Part shown: piece after piece, positions 51,556-60,488 of the stretch
Position numbering within the stretch: position 1 is the first letter of the stretch
Layout of the letters: each line of letters begins with the position of its first letter
Program-made: the position numbers and the translations under genes
Source: Pseudomonadota bacterium
GTDB lineage: Bacteria > Desulfobacterota > Binatia > Binatales > Binataceae
Assembly: GCA_021325355.1 (NCBI GenBank)
Contig: JAJPHI010000006.1
Coordinates: 2,861-66,860 of the forward strand
Direction of reading: 5' to 3'
DNA: 64,000 bases
The notes under the pieces: model-generated
Database searches by the model: none
The model's input: only the letters and a program-made list of their open reading frames with translations
What the model was told of the DNA's origin: nothing

Positions 51556-52719
51556 TCATTGATTGCTGAGTATTAACGTGGCGCCGGAATGACGCGTGCC
51601 GAGTTCGCCGCCGGTGCCGTGGCACAGCGCAATCTGGCAATCCTTGACCTGGCGCGGTCCGCATTCGCCGCGCAACTGCTTGACCGCTTCGATCACCAGG
51701 AAAATCCCGCGCATCCCCGGATGGTTCGACGACAGACCCCCGCCGTCGGTATTGATCGGGAACTCGCCGTCGTAGCGCAGGCGGCCACCGCTGACGAAGG
51801 CGCCACCCTCTCCGCGTTTGCAGAAGCCGAGGTTCTCCAGCGTGGTCAGGACGGTGATCGTGAAGGAATCGTAGATCATCGCCATGTCGATATCCTTGTG
51901 GCTGACACCCGCACGCTCGAACGCCAGCCGTCCCGATTGATGGGCCGCGATCTCGAGAAAGTCGCGTTGGCCGCGCGCGGCGTGACGGGCGGTCTCGCCG
52001 GCGCCGAGCACGTATGCCGGGCGCTTCTTCAAATCGCGAGCGCGCTCAGCCGAGGTCACCACGAGGGCGCCGCCGCCGTCGCTGACCATGCAGCAGTCGA
52101 GCAGATGCAGCGGCGAGGACACGATGCGCGAGGCGAGCACGTCTTCGACGGTAATCAGATCGCGATACTTGGCCGCCGGATTCATCGACGCATGCAGCCG
52201 CATCGTCACGGCTATTTCGGCGAGTTGCTCGGAGGTCGTGCCGTACTCATGCATGTGTCGCTGCGCCACCATCGCATAGGCGCCGATACCGGTGGGGCCG
52301 TAGGGAAACTCGAACTGATGGCAGGGATCGCCGCCACCGCCCGCGCCGCCTCCGGTACCGATGGCGAAGCGCGTCGACGCGATGGTCGAGCCATAGGTGA
52401 TTACCGCAACTTCGCAGAGGCCGGCATTAATCGCCGCCGCGGCATGCGCCACGTGCGCCACGAACGACGCCCCGCCGATATTGGTGCCGTCCATGAAATT
52501 CGGCGTCAGATTGAGATAATCACACAGACCGATGATGCCCATCGGGCTCATCCCGATGCCCGCCGAAAGAATTCCGTCAACGTCCTTGATGGTGAGACCG
52601 CAATCATCGAGGGCGCCGCGAATACTCTCGGCCATGATCTGGAACATGCTTTTGTCGGGAGCAAAGCGGGTCGGATGCTCGTACACGCCGACCACGGCTG
52701 TCTTACGGCTGAGACTCAT
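51556..52719 (-). CDS. thiolase-like protein (SCP-x / Ltp type)
   Basis: 387 aa with LLDCCMVSDGGGALVV and NTDGGGLSSNHPGMRG. By eye, the position of the nucleophilic Cys reads NIGGASF. Confidence 0.8.
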   Translation of the reverse strand: MSLSRKTAVVGVYEHPTRFAPDKSMFQIMAESIRGALDDCGLTIKDVDGILSAGIGMSPMGIIGLCDYLNLTPNFMDGTNIGGASFVAHVAHAAAAINAGLCEVAVITYGSTIASTRFAIGTGGGAGGGGDPCHQFEFPYGPTGIGAYAMVAQRHMHEYGTTSEQLAEIAVTMRLHASMNPAAKYRDLITVEDVLASRIVSSPLHLLDCCMVSDGGGALVVTSAERARDLKKRPAYVLGAGETARHAARGQRDFLEIAAHQSGRLAFERAGVSHKDIDMAMIYDSFTITVLTTLENLGFCKRGEGGAFVSGGRLRYDGEFPINTDGGGLSSNHPGMRGIFLVIEAVKQLRGECGPRQVKDCQIALCHGTGGELGTRHSGATLILSNQ

Positions 52720-52730
52720 TACGCTTTCCT

Positions 52731-53546
52731 CTAACGGAGTTCACTCAGAAACCGGTCCAGGGCGGCGTTCACCGCACCGGGTTGTTCGGTGGTGACGTAA
52801 TGGCCCGCGTCGGCGATCATCTCGAGCCGCGAGCCTTTGATGGCCTCGTGCAGGGTTTTGGCCGCGTCGGGTGGCGTGATGTCATCGTCGGCGCCGCCGA
52901 TTATAAGGGTCGGCTGGTCGATCCGGGAGATCGCCTCGCGGAGGTCGACCTTCGAGCAGGCCACCATGTCACCCCATCGCGTGCGCGGATCGGTCTTGAT
53001 CTGCTCGCCCCAGCCCTCGCGGATTATCTCGGGATGCTCCGCGATCGTGCGGGGGGAGTAGCCGCCATTGGTGAAGGGCTGGCCGATCCGACCCATCGTG
53101 ACGTTGCGCCAGGTCTCGATTAGCTCTGGCGGGAGATTGAATTTGGCGGCCGTCGCGATCAACCCCAGCGCCCGCACGCGTTTTGCATAGCGCAGAGCAA
53201 GGTCCATCGCGATCGCCCCACCCATCGAGCGACCGACGATCACCGCCGAGTCTATCTGGAGCGTGTCGAGGAACGCCGCCACGAAATCGGCATAGTCCTG
53301 CACGGACGGCAGCGCCTCGACGCCGGAACTGCGTCCATGGCCGGGCAGGTCAAGGGCAAACGGACTATGCGATTTGCCGAGATGGTCATATTGATAGTGC
53401 CAGGAATGACCGTTGGAGCCGGCTGCGTGGATCAGCACGATTGGCTGGCCGCGGTCGTGTCGGGGCACGACGTCGGGCAGCGTGGTCGCTCCGACGTAAT
53501 AATAGTAAGTCGCAAAACCGCGCACGGTGGCGTACTTTGTCGGCAT
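52731..53546 (-). CDS. alpha/beta-fold hydrolase
   Basis: 271 aa with the HG oxyanion region LIHAAGSNGHSW, the nucleophile elbow GRSMGG and C-terminal DAGH. Confidence 0.85.
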   Translation of the reverse strand: MPTKYATVRGFATYYYYVGATTLPDVVPRHDRGQPIVLIHAAGSNGHSWHYQYDHLGKSHSPFALDLPGHGRSSGVEALPSVQDYADFVAAFLDTLQIDSAVIVGRSMGGAIAMDLALRYAKRVRALGLIATAAKFNLPPELIETWRNVTMGRIGQPFTNGGYSPRTIAEHPEIIREGWGEQIKTDPRTRWGDMVACSKVDLREAISRIDQPTLIIGGADDDITPPDAAKTLHEAIKGSRLEMIADAGHYVTTEQPGAVNAALDRFLSELR

Positions 53547-53810
53547 CGCGGAAACTGCTTCTCCGTAGAGCTTGGTGTCCGTTAGCTATGCGGCTTCGGC
53601 TCCGTTTTGTCAAATCGGAACGGCGCGCATGATGATCCGCGCGGGATGCCGACGTGCGACTGTTTGAGCGGCGGTTCGCGCGCCAGCGCGGGCGCGCGAA
53701 TCGCCCGAGCGGCGGCGTGCGTCGCGCGCTGCCGCCCAGCACGTCGATGCTGAGAAATCAGGTCGCCCGGCGCGGGGCGCCGCGAAGAACTCCCGATACC
53801 GATTGGCGAG

Positions 53811-54029
53811 TCAGGTCGAGCGGCGACGTCCGCGCATCCCGGGAGTCTCAGTGGCGGAAGCCTGCGCGCTCTGCCACTGCTCGATCGCGCTGCGGTTGAA
53901 CCGCCAGTTGCTGCCTACGCGGAAACCCGGCAGGCGCCCCTGACGCAGCAGGCGATAAATCGTGGTCGGATGAACGCGGAGGTATTCAGACAATTCGCGG
54001 ATCGTGAAGACCTCTTCATCAATTGCCAT
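53811..54029 (-). CDS. excisionase-family (MerR-superfamily HTH_17) DNA-binding protein
   Basis: 72 aa with FTIRELSEYLRVHPTTIYRLLRQGRLPGFRVGSNWRFNRSAIEQW. Confidence 0.75.
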   Translation of the reverse strand: MAIDEEVFTIRELSEYLRVHPTTIYRLLRQGRLPGFRVGSNWRFNRSAIEQWQSAQASATETPGMRGRRRST

Positions 54030-54378
54030 GGCAGTCGTGCCCCCCCGGGCGGCTGCTCGGTATGATTGAGCAGACTGCGTATGAGCTTACACTTTGTAGC
54101 GGGTCGTTGCGAGCAGCTACCATAACTAAATTCATCTCCTCCCCTTTTTGTTCGGCACCGCTCCGCACTTATATTCAATTCGTCACAAAAGTTAGCGATT
54201 TGTTTATAGCTGACGTAACGGTCAGGGAAATTGTCGTGAGCGCCGCCGGCCGGATGCGCCGCGCCGCTATCCGGCTCGAGCAGCGGGCGGACTCGTCGGG
54301 AAGGTCGCCGCGGCGTGGGCGGTGCCTTTTGAGCGGCGCGATCCCGATGTGCTATGCAAGCCGTTGGAGGTACTGCCG

Positions 54379-54774
54379 ATGGGCGCGGCGGAAAACCGAC
54401 AATTGGTCGCGAACGCTTTCGCGCGGTGGGCCCGCGGCGAGGGTGCGGCCTTCATGGAACTGCTGGCGGATGATGTCCACTGGACCGTTATCGGCAGCAC
54501 GCCGGTATCGCGGACTTACACCAGCAAACGGGCGTTTCTCGAGGGCGCGGTCCAGCCGCTCAGCTCCCGCCTGGCGGGTCCGATCACGCCGACGGTGCGC
54601 GATATCATCGCCGAGGGCGACAAGGTGGTGCTGCAATGGGAGGGTCGCGCCAGCGGCAAAAACGGCACGATCTACGCCCAGACTTACTGCTGGGTGATGC
54701 GCTTCGAGAATGGCAAGGTGTGCGAAGGCACCGCTTACCTGGATACCGAACTGATAACGCAGCTCTGGCAGTAG
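54379..54774 (+). CDS. SnoaL-like NTF2-fold protein
   Basis: Track ORF 54322 trimmed to the ATG at 54379 (GGAGG RBS). It is 131 aa with a ketosteroid-isomerase-like pattern. Confidence 0.65.
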   Translation: MGAAENRQLVANAFARWARGEGAAFMELLADDVHWTVIGSTPVSRTYTSKRAFLEGAVQPLSSRLAGPITPTVRDIIAEGDKVVLQWEGRASGKNGTIYAQTYCWVMRFENGKVCEGTAYLDTELITQLWQ

Positions 54775-54778
54775 CTCG

Positions 54779-55561
54779 ATGCGCATCAACAAACTTCGCG
54801 CCGCGCTCAAAAGCGGCGAACTCGCGCTCGGCACCATCCTATGGGAGACGCGCGCCCGCGGTGTCGTGCACACGCTGGCGCAGGCCGGGATGGATTTCGT
54901 CTTCATCTGCACCGAGCACTCCGCCTACAACCTCGAAACCGTCGTTGATCTGGTCGCCCACGCGCACGCGGCCGGAATCACGCCCATCGTCCGCCTCCCG
55001 GACCTGCAGTACCAGTACGTCACGCGGCTGCTGGATTCCGGATGCCAGAGCCTCATCGCGCCCCATCTGCGAACCGGCGAAGAGGCGCGTCGCTTCATTG
55101 AGTTCGCGAAGTACCATCCTGAGGGACGCCGCGGCATGGCGATCCTGAATAACGCCGGCGTTGATTATCAAACGGTTGACCTGCGCGAGGCGATGGCGCA
55201 TGCCAATGCCAACACGCTGCTGGGAGTACTCATCGAGACCCGCGAGGCGGTCGAGAACGCCGAAGAGATCCTTGTACCGGGCATCGACCTGGCGCTGGTC
55301 GGTCATCAGGATCTGGCGCAAAGCATGGGCATCCCGGGCGAGTTCGGCCATCCCCGATTGCGCGAGGCGACGGCGCGCGTCCACGCCTTGTGCAAGGCCC
55401 GGGGAATCGCGACCGCCGGCGCCGCCAACCATCCGGAGAATACCCGGTCGGTCGTCGCGAGCGGCGCCCAGTTTCTGCTCTATGGCACCGACCTCATCCT
55501 CATCCGGCGCGAGGCCGAGCGCGCGGTTCAGGCGCTCGCGCCGCTGCGCAAGCCGACTTGA
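54779..55561 (+). CDS. HpcH/HpaI family aldolase
   Basis: 260 aa with a TIM-barrel pattern (DFVFICTEHS, VRLP, IETREAVENAEEI). Confidence 0.8.
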   Translation: MRINKLRAALKSGELALGTILWETRARGVVHTLAQAGMDFVFICTEHSAYNLETVVDLVAHAHAAGITPIVRLPDLQYQYVTRLLDSGCQSLIAPHLRTGEEARRFIEFAKYHPEGRRGMAILNNAGVDYQTVDLREAMAHANANTLLGVLIETREAVENAEEILVPGIDLALVGHQDLAQSMGIPGEFGHPRLREATARVHALCKARGIATAGAANHPENTRSVVASGAQFLLYGTDLILIRREAERAVQALAPLRKPT

Positions 55562-55593
55562 TCGACACTCACAGATTTCCACGGAGGCGAACA

Positions 55594-56361
55594 GTGGCAG
55601 GAATACTCGACGGCAAAGTGGCGCTTATCACCGGCGCGGGTTCAGGCATCGGACGGGCTACCGCGAAAATCTTCGCGCGCGAAGGCGCCAGGCTGGTACT
55701 GGCGGATATCGTCGCCGAGGCGGCGCAGGAAACCCTCAACGCGGTCAAGCAGGCCGGCGCCGAGGGCCTCTATCTCAAGGCCGACGTCTCCCGCTGGACC
55801 GACGTCGAGGGTCTGGTCGCCAAAGCCGTCGCGACCTTCGGCCGTCTCGACTGTGCCTTCAACAACGCCGGTATCGAAGGCGAGCCGGCCCTGACCCATA
55901 AGTGCAGCGAGGAGAACTGGCATCGGGTTCTGGCGATCAACCTGACCGGCGTCTGGTTCTGCATGAAGGCGGAAATCGCCCAGATGCTCAAGCAGGGCGG
56001 CGGCGGCGCGATTGTCAACACCTCGTCGGTGGCCGGTATCGCCGGCGCCCCAGGCGGTCCCGCCTACTGCGCCTCCAAGCACGGCGTCGCCGGACTGACG
56101 CGCACCGCCTGCCTCGAATATGGCAAGCATGGGATCCGGATCAACGCGGTCTGCCCGGGACCGATTCGGACGCCGATGCTCGGGCGGATTATGGGCTTCA
56201 CCAAGGGCACGACGGAGGAGCAGTTTGCGCGCTCCGAGCCGCTGCGACGGCTCGGCGAGCCCGAAGAGATTGGCGAAGCGGTGGCCTGGCTCTGCTCGGA
56301 TCGCGCCTCGTACGTCACGGGGCTGCCGATGCCGGTCGATGGCGGTTTCTTCGCGCAATAG
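55594..56361 (+). CDS. SDR family oxidoreductase
   Basis: Track ORF 55390 trimmed to the GTG at 55594 (GGAGG RBS). It has TGAGSGIGRA, NNAG and YCASKHG. Confidence 0.85.
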   Translation: MAGILDGKVALITGAGSGIGRATAKIFAREGARLVLADIVAEAAQETLNAVKQAGAEGLYLKADVSRWTDVEGLVAKAVATFGRLDCAFNNAGIEGEPALTHKCSEENWHRVLAINLTGVWFCMKAEIAQMLKQGGGGAIVNTSSVAGIAGAPGGPAYCASKHGVAGLTRTACLEYGKHGIRINAVCPGPIRTPMLGRIMGFTKGTTEEQFARSEPLRRLGEPEEIGEAVAWLCSDRASYVTGLPMPVDGGFFAQ

Positions 56362-56452
56362 TAGCGCGCGGTTTCCGGGTGCCCTGATGAAGCTCGGGCT
56401 TCAGCTTTCGCGGCGGCCGCCGCAATGCCCGCAGATCCGATAGGAGCGAGCC

Positions 56453-57268
56453 ATGTCATACACGCAGTTACTATTCGAACGCCTCGACCGGATCGGCCGT
56501 ATCACGCTGAACCGCCCGCGCTATCGCAACGCCCAGTCAACGCGGCTCTTGAAGGAACTCGACCGCGCCTTCGAAGAGGCCGCTTTCGACGATCAAATCA
56601 GGGTGGTGATTCTGGCCGGCGCCGGCGAGCATTTCTCGGCCGGACACGATCTCGGTACTCCCGACGAAAAGGAAGACCCGAACAGTTACTACAACACGAA
56701 GGGGCTCAAGAACCGTCACTTCCGCTCGTGGGAGGTGTTTCTCGACAACACGATGCGCTGGCGGAATCTGCCCAAGCCGACGATCGCGCAGGTGCAGGGC
56801 TACTGCATCTTCGGCGGCTACATGTTCGCTTCGGCGATGGACCTGATCGTCGCTGCCGACGACGCCATGTTCCTGCCTTCAATTACCCAATACTTCAGCG
56901 CCCCGTGGGATGTCGGTATTCGCAAGGCCAAGGAAATCCTGTTCCAGAGCCGTTTTATCGATGCCGCAGAGGCACTGCGGACCGGTCTGGCGAATCTGGT
57001 CGTGCCGCGGGCGGAACTCGAGAAGGAGACTCTGGCGCTCGCCGCGCGAATCGCTGAAACCGACGCGTTTACGCTGCGCATGATGAAATTCGCGATCAAC
57101 AACGCGCAGGATGAGATGGGCTTTCATACCGCGGTCCGCAATGCCCATTCGCATCACTTCCTGACGCGCGTGCAGGAGTACGCCCAGTGGGACAAGGGCG
57201 AGGGTCGCGCCGGGCCCCGGCGGATGCCCGGCGTCGAACAGGCCCTGCGCAAACGGTCGGCGACCTGA
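56453..57268 (+). CDS. enoyl-CoA hydratase/isomerase family protein
   Basis: 271 aa with NRPRYRNAQS, ILAGAGEHFSAGHDL and a CIFGGYMF oxyanion region. Confidence 0.8.
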   Translation: MSYTQLLFERLDRIGRITLNRPRYRNAQSTRLLKELDRAFEEAAFDDQIRVVILAGAGEHFSAGHDLGTPDEKEDPNSYYNTKGLKNRHFRSWEVFLDNTMRWRNLPKPTIAQVQGYCIFGGYMFASAMDLIVAADDAMFLPSITQYFSAPWDVGIRKAKEILFQSRFIDAAEALRTGLANLVVPRAELEKETLALAARIAETDAFTLRMMKFAINNAQDEMGFHTAVRNAHSHHFLTRVQEYAQWDKGEGRAGPRRMPGVEQALRKRSAT

Positions 57269-57346
57269 TCGGGACGGGTCAGCCGACGCCGAGGGCCGCC
57301 GTGCCCCCGCTTGACTTGGACGCCGCCGACCGCCAGCACTAATCGG

Positions 57347-58759
57347 ATGACGATTTCCGCCGAACCTGGCCCGCAACCCCGCCGCCGACCGCTACCGAGC
57401 CCGTCATCCGCGCGTCCCGCCCCCGATATCCGGACGGCGATACCCGGGCCCGGGTCCCGAGCAATCTTTGAACGCGAGCAGAAGGTCCTCGCCCCCGGAC
57501 GCCAGCGTATCTCGCTGCTCGCCGGCCTCGCCTTCGATCATGGCAAAGGCGCAACCCTGACCGACGTTGACGGCAATGTTTTCCTCGATTTCTTTGCCGG
57601 TGTCGCGGTCGCGAGCCTCGGCCATGCCCATCCGGAGATGAGCGCGGCCCTGGCGCGGCAGGCCGAACGCCTGACGGTCGGTACTTTCGCGACGCCGGAG
57701 CGCGCCGAGGCCTTCGAGCTTTTGGCCGAGGTTGCGCCCGCCGGGCTTCGCCGCGCCCATCTTTACAGCGGCGGCGCGGAAGCGGTCGAGGCCGCTCTGC
57801 GCCTTGCGCGCTCGGTCACCAAGAAACACGAAGTGGTGAGCTTCTGGGGTGGTTTTCACGGTAAAACGGGCGGCGTGATCGGGCTTATCGGCGACGAATC
57901 AAAACACGGCTACGGCCCGCTGCCAGGCGGCCAGTACACCGTTCCCTACGCCGACTGTTATCGCTGCCCCTTCAAACTAAAGCATCCGTCATGCGGCCTT
58001 CACTGTGTCGATTTTGCCCGCCAACAGATCAAAAACGCCTCCGGCGGAGCGCTCGCCGCGATTATCGTCGAACCGATGCAGGGGACGGCCGGCAACGTGA
58101 TTCCGCCCGATGACTGGCTGCCCGCGATCCGCTCGGTGGCGCGCGAAAACGACGCGCTGCTAATCGCCGACGAGATGATCACCGGTTTCGGGCGCACCGG
58201 CGCGATGTGGGGCGTGGCCCATACCGGCGTCGCGCCCGATATCGTCACCGTCGGCAAAGGCATGGGTTCGGGCTTCCCGGTTTCAGGCGTGCTGATGGGC
58301 GAGGAGATAAGCCACGCCGAACCGTTCGCCAAACCGAGCGCCTCCTCGTCGAGCTACGGCGGCAATCCGCTCGCCGCCGTCGCCGTCGCCACGACCCTCA
58401 AGACGCTCAAGCGCGAACGTCTGGTGGAGAATTCGCGCGTGGTCGGCACGATGCTCCTCGAGCGGCTGCTCGCGCTCAAGGACAAGTATCCCTTCGTCGG
58501 CGACGTGCGCGGGCGCGGTCTGCTGATCGGCATCGACCTTGTCCGCGATCGGCAGACCCGGGAACCGATGGGCCGCGCCGTAATGGAGATCATCTTTCAG
58601 GAGACGCTCAAGCGCGGGCTGCTGACGATGGGCTATTTCCCTCGGATAAGAATCAACCCGCCCCTGGTGATCACGCGGGAAGAGGCCGAGGCCGGCGCCG
58701 CCATTCTCGACGAGGTTTTCGCCTGGGTCGATAAGAACCTCGACTGGCGGGCGCGCTGA
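57347..58759 (+). CDS. class-III (omega) PLP-dependent aminotransferase
   Basis: Track ORF starts at TTG 57311; the ATG at 57347 is preferred. It has DEMITGFGRTG and TVGKGMGSGFP (PLP Lys). Confidence 0.85.
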   Translation: MTISAEPGPQPRRRPLPSPSSARPAPDIRTAIPGPGSRAIFEREQKVLAPGRQRISLLAGLAFDHGKGATLTDVDGNVFLDFFAGVAVASLGHAHPEMSAALARQAERLTVGTFATPERAEAFELLAEVAPAGLRRAHLYSGGAEAVEAALRLARSVTKKHEVVSFWGGFHGKTGGVIGLIGDESKHGYGPLPGGQYTVPYADCYRCPFKLKHPSCGLHCVDFARQQIKNASGGALAAIIVEPMQGTAGNVIPPDDWLPAIRSVARENDALLIADEMITGFGRTGAMWGVAHTGVAPDIVTVGKGMGSGFPVSGVLMGEEISHAEPFAKPSASSSSYGGNPLAAVAVATTLKTLKRERLVENSRVVGTMLLERLLALKDKYPFVGDVRGRGLLIGIDLVRDRQTREPMGRAVMEIIFQETLKRGLLTMGYFPRIRINPPLVITREEAEAGAAILDEVFAWVDKNLDWRAR

Positions 58760-58761
58760 CG

Positions 58762-59238
58762 ATGGCGCAAGATGCCGGCAACCGCGCGCTCTTCTGCGAT
58801 CTGGTCGGCACGCTGGTCGCGATGGATGAGACGCGCCAGCTACCGCTCGGGAGCAACGGCAGCATCGTCATCAAGCTGCTACCGGGGGTGAAGGAAAAAC
58901 TGGCGCCGATGCGCGACCGGCTGATTTTTGTCGTCAGCAATCAGGCCGGGATCAAGCGCGGACGCTATACCCGCGAGCAGGTCGAGGACGCCCTTGCCGA
59001 ACTCGACCGCCAGCTCGACGGCATCCTGACCGCCGCCGAAATCTGTCCGCATGATGACGCCGACGGTTGCGCGTGCCGCAAACCGAAGGGCGGGATGATC
59101 ACGCGGCTGGCGGACGATCATGGCGTCGATCTGCAAGGCTCGATCATGGTCGGCGACCAGGCCGTCGACGAACAAGCGGCGCGGGCTGCCGGCGTCGGTC
59201 AGTTCATTTACGCCGCCGAGTTCTTCGCCTGGCGCTAA
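58762..59238 (+). CDS. HAD-IIIA hydrolase, GmhB/histidinol-phosphatase-like
   Basis: 158 aa with the Zn-loop CPHDDADGCACRKPKGGM and motif IV VGDQAVDEQ. Motif I reads DLVGT rather than DxDGT. Confidence 0.7.
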   Translation: MAQDAGNRALFCDLVGTLVAMDETRQLPLGSNGSIVIKLLPGVKEKLAPMRDRLIFVVSNQAGIKRGRYTREQVEDALAELDRQLDGILTAAEICPHDDADGCACRKPKGGMITRLADDHGVDLQGSIMVGDQAVDEQAARAAGVGQFIYAAEFFAWR

Positions 59239-59260
59239 ACCTCTGCGGAATCGCTCGCCG

Positions 59261-60441
59261 TTATCCCTTCGGCAGGCCGAGCACGCGCTCCCCGATGATG
59301 TTGTGCTGGATCTGATTGGTGCCCGTATAGATTGTCGGCCCGCGCGCGGCGAGCATCCGTTGCGTCCATTTACCGGCGTCGAGCGCGAAGGGCGAAGCCG
59401 CTTCGAGCGCGCTATAGGGTCCGAGCAGCTCCATCGCAAACAGGGCGATGCGCAGTGCCAGCTCGGTGCCGCCCAATTTGAGCATCGAGCTTTCAGATCC
59501 GGGCGGTAGTCCCTTGAGCTGACGGGTGAGCTGACGGTACCCCGTATAGCGCAGCGCTTCGGCCTCGGCCTCGAATTGCGCGATAGTCTGGCGCACACTG
59601 CCATCCTCCCAGGCCGGCCGGCCGTTGCGCGCGATACGCCGCGCGAGGTCCGCCAGCTCGCGCACCTGCTTCAGCATCCCCCGATCATGGCCCATCGACC
59701 GTTCGAACATCAGCGTGGTGATCGCCACCTGCCATCCCTGGTTCTTCTCGCCGACCAGGTTGGCGCGCGGCACCCGCACATCCTCGAAGAACACCTGGTG
59801 AAGCCGCGCGCACCGGTCATCTGGACCAGCGGGCGCACGGTTATCCCTGGCGTCTTCATATCGACCAGCAGGTAGCTGATGCCCTTGTGTTTGGGCGCGT
59901 CCGGATCGGTGCGCACCAGCAGGAAGATCCAATCGGCATGATGGGCCGCCGAGGTCCAGATCTTCGAGCCGTTGACGACGAAGTAGTCACCCATCTCAAC
60001 GGCCCGCGTCTGCAGCGACGCTAGGTCAGAGCCGGCGTTGGGCTCCGAATAACCCTGGCACCAGAACTCGTCCCCGGCGAGGATCTTCGGCAGATGGCGC
60101 CGTTTCTGCTCCTCGGTGCCCCAATGAATCAGCGTCGGCCCGAGCAGCGAGATGCCGAACCCGGTAAACGGCATCGCCACGCCGGCGCGCTCCAGTTCCT
60201 CCTGATAGATGACGTTCTGCAGAATCGTCGCGCCGCGTCCGCCGTATTCGCGCGGCCAGTGAATTCCCATCCAGCCGCCTTCATAAAGCTTCTTGTGCCA
60301 GCGAATCCGCGCCTCCCAGTCGCCCTCGCCCTCGTCGGCGAGGGTGTCGGTGGCCGGCACCGCATACTGTCGATGCTTTTCGAGCCACGCCCGAAGCTCG
60401 GCGCGAAACGCTTCATCTGCTGCGCTGAAGTTGAAATCCAT
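59261..60441 (-). pseudogene. acyl-CoA dehydrogenase interrupted by a single-base frameshift (or assembly error)
   Basis: Track ORFs 59710..60441 (N-terminal part, ...GITVRPLVQMTGARGF) and 59261..59932 (C-terminal part, ...HQVFFEDVRVPRANLVGEKNQGW...) are contiguous parts of one ACAD in different frames. The frames switch at about 59797-59805. Confidence 0.8.
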
Positions 60442-60488
60442 AGGGCGGAGTCTAGCGAAGCCTCGGCTTTCCGACTATGAGGTTTTGC

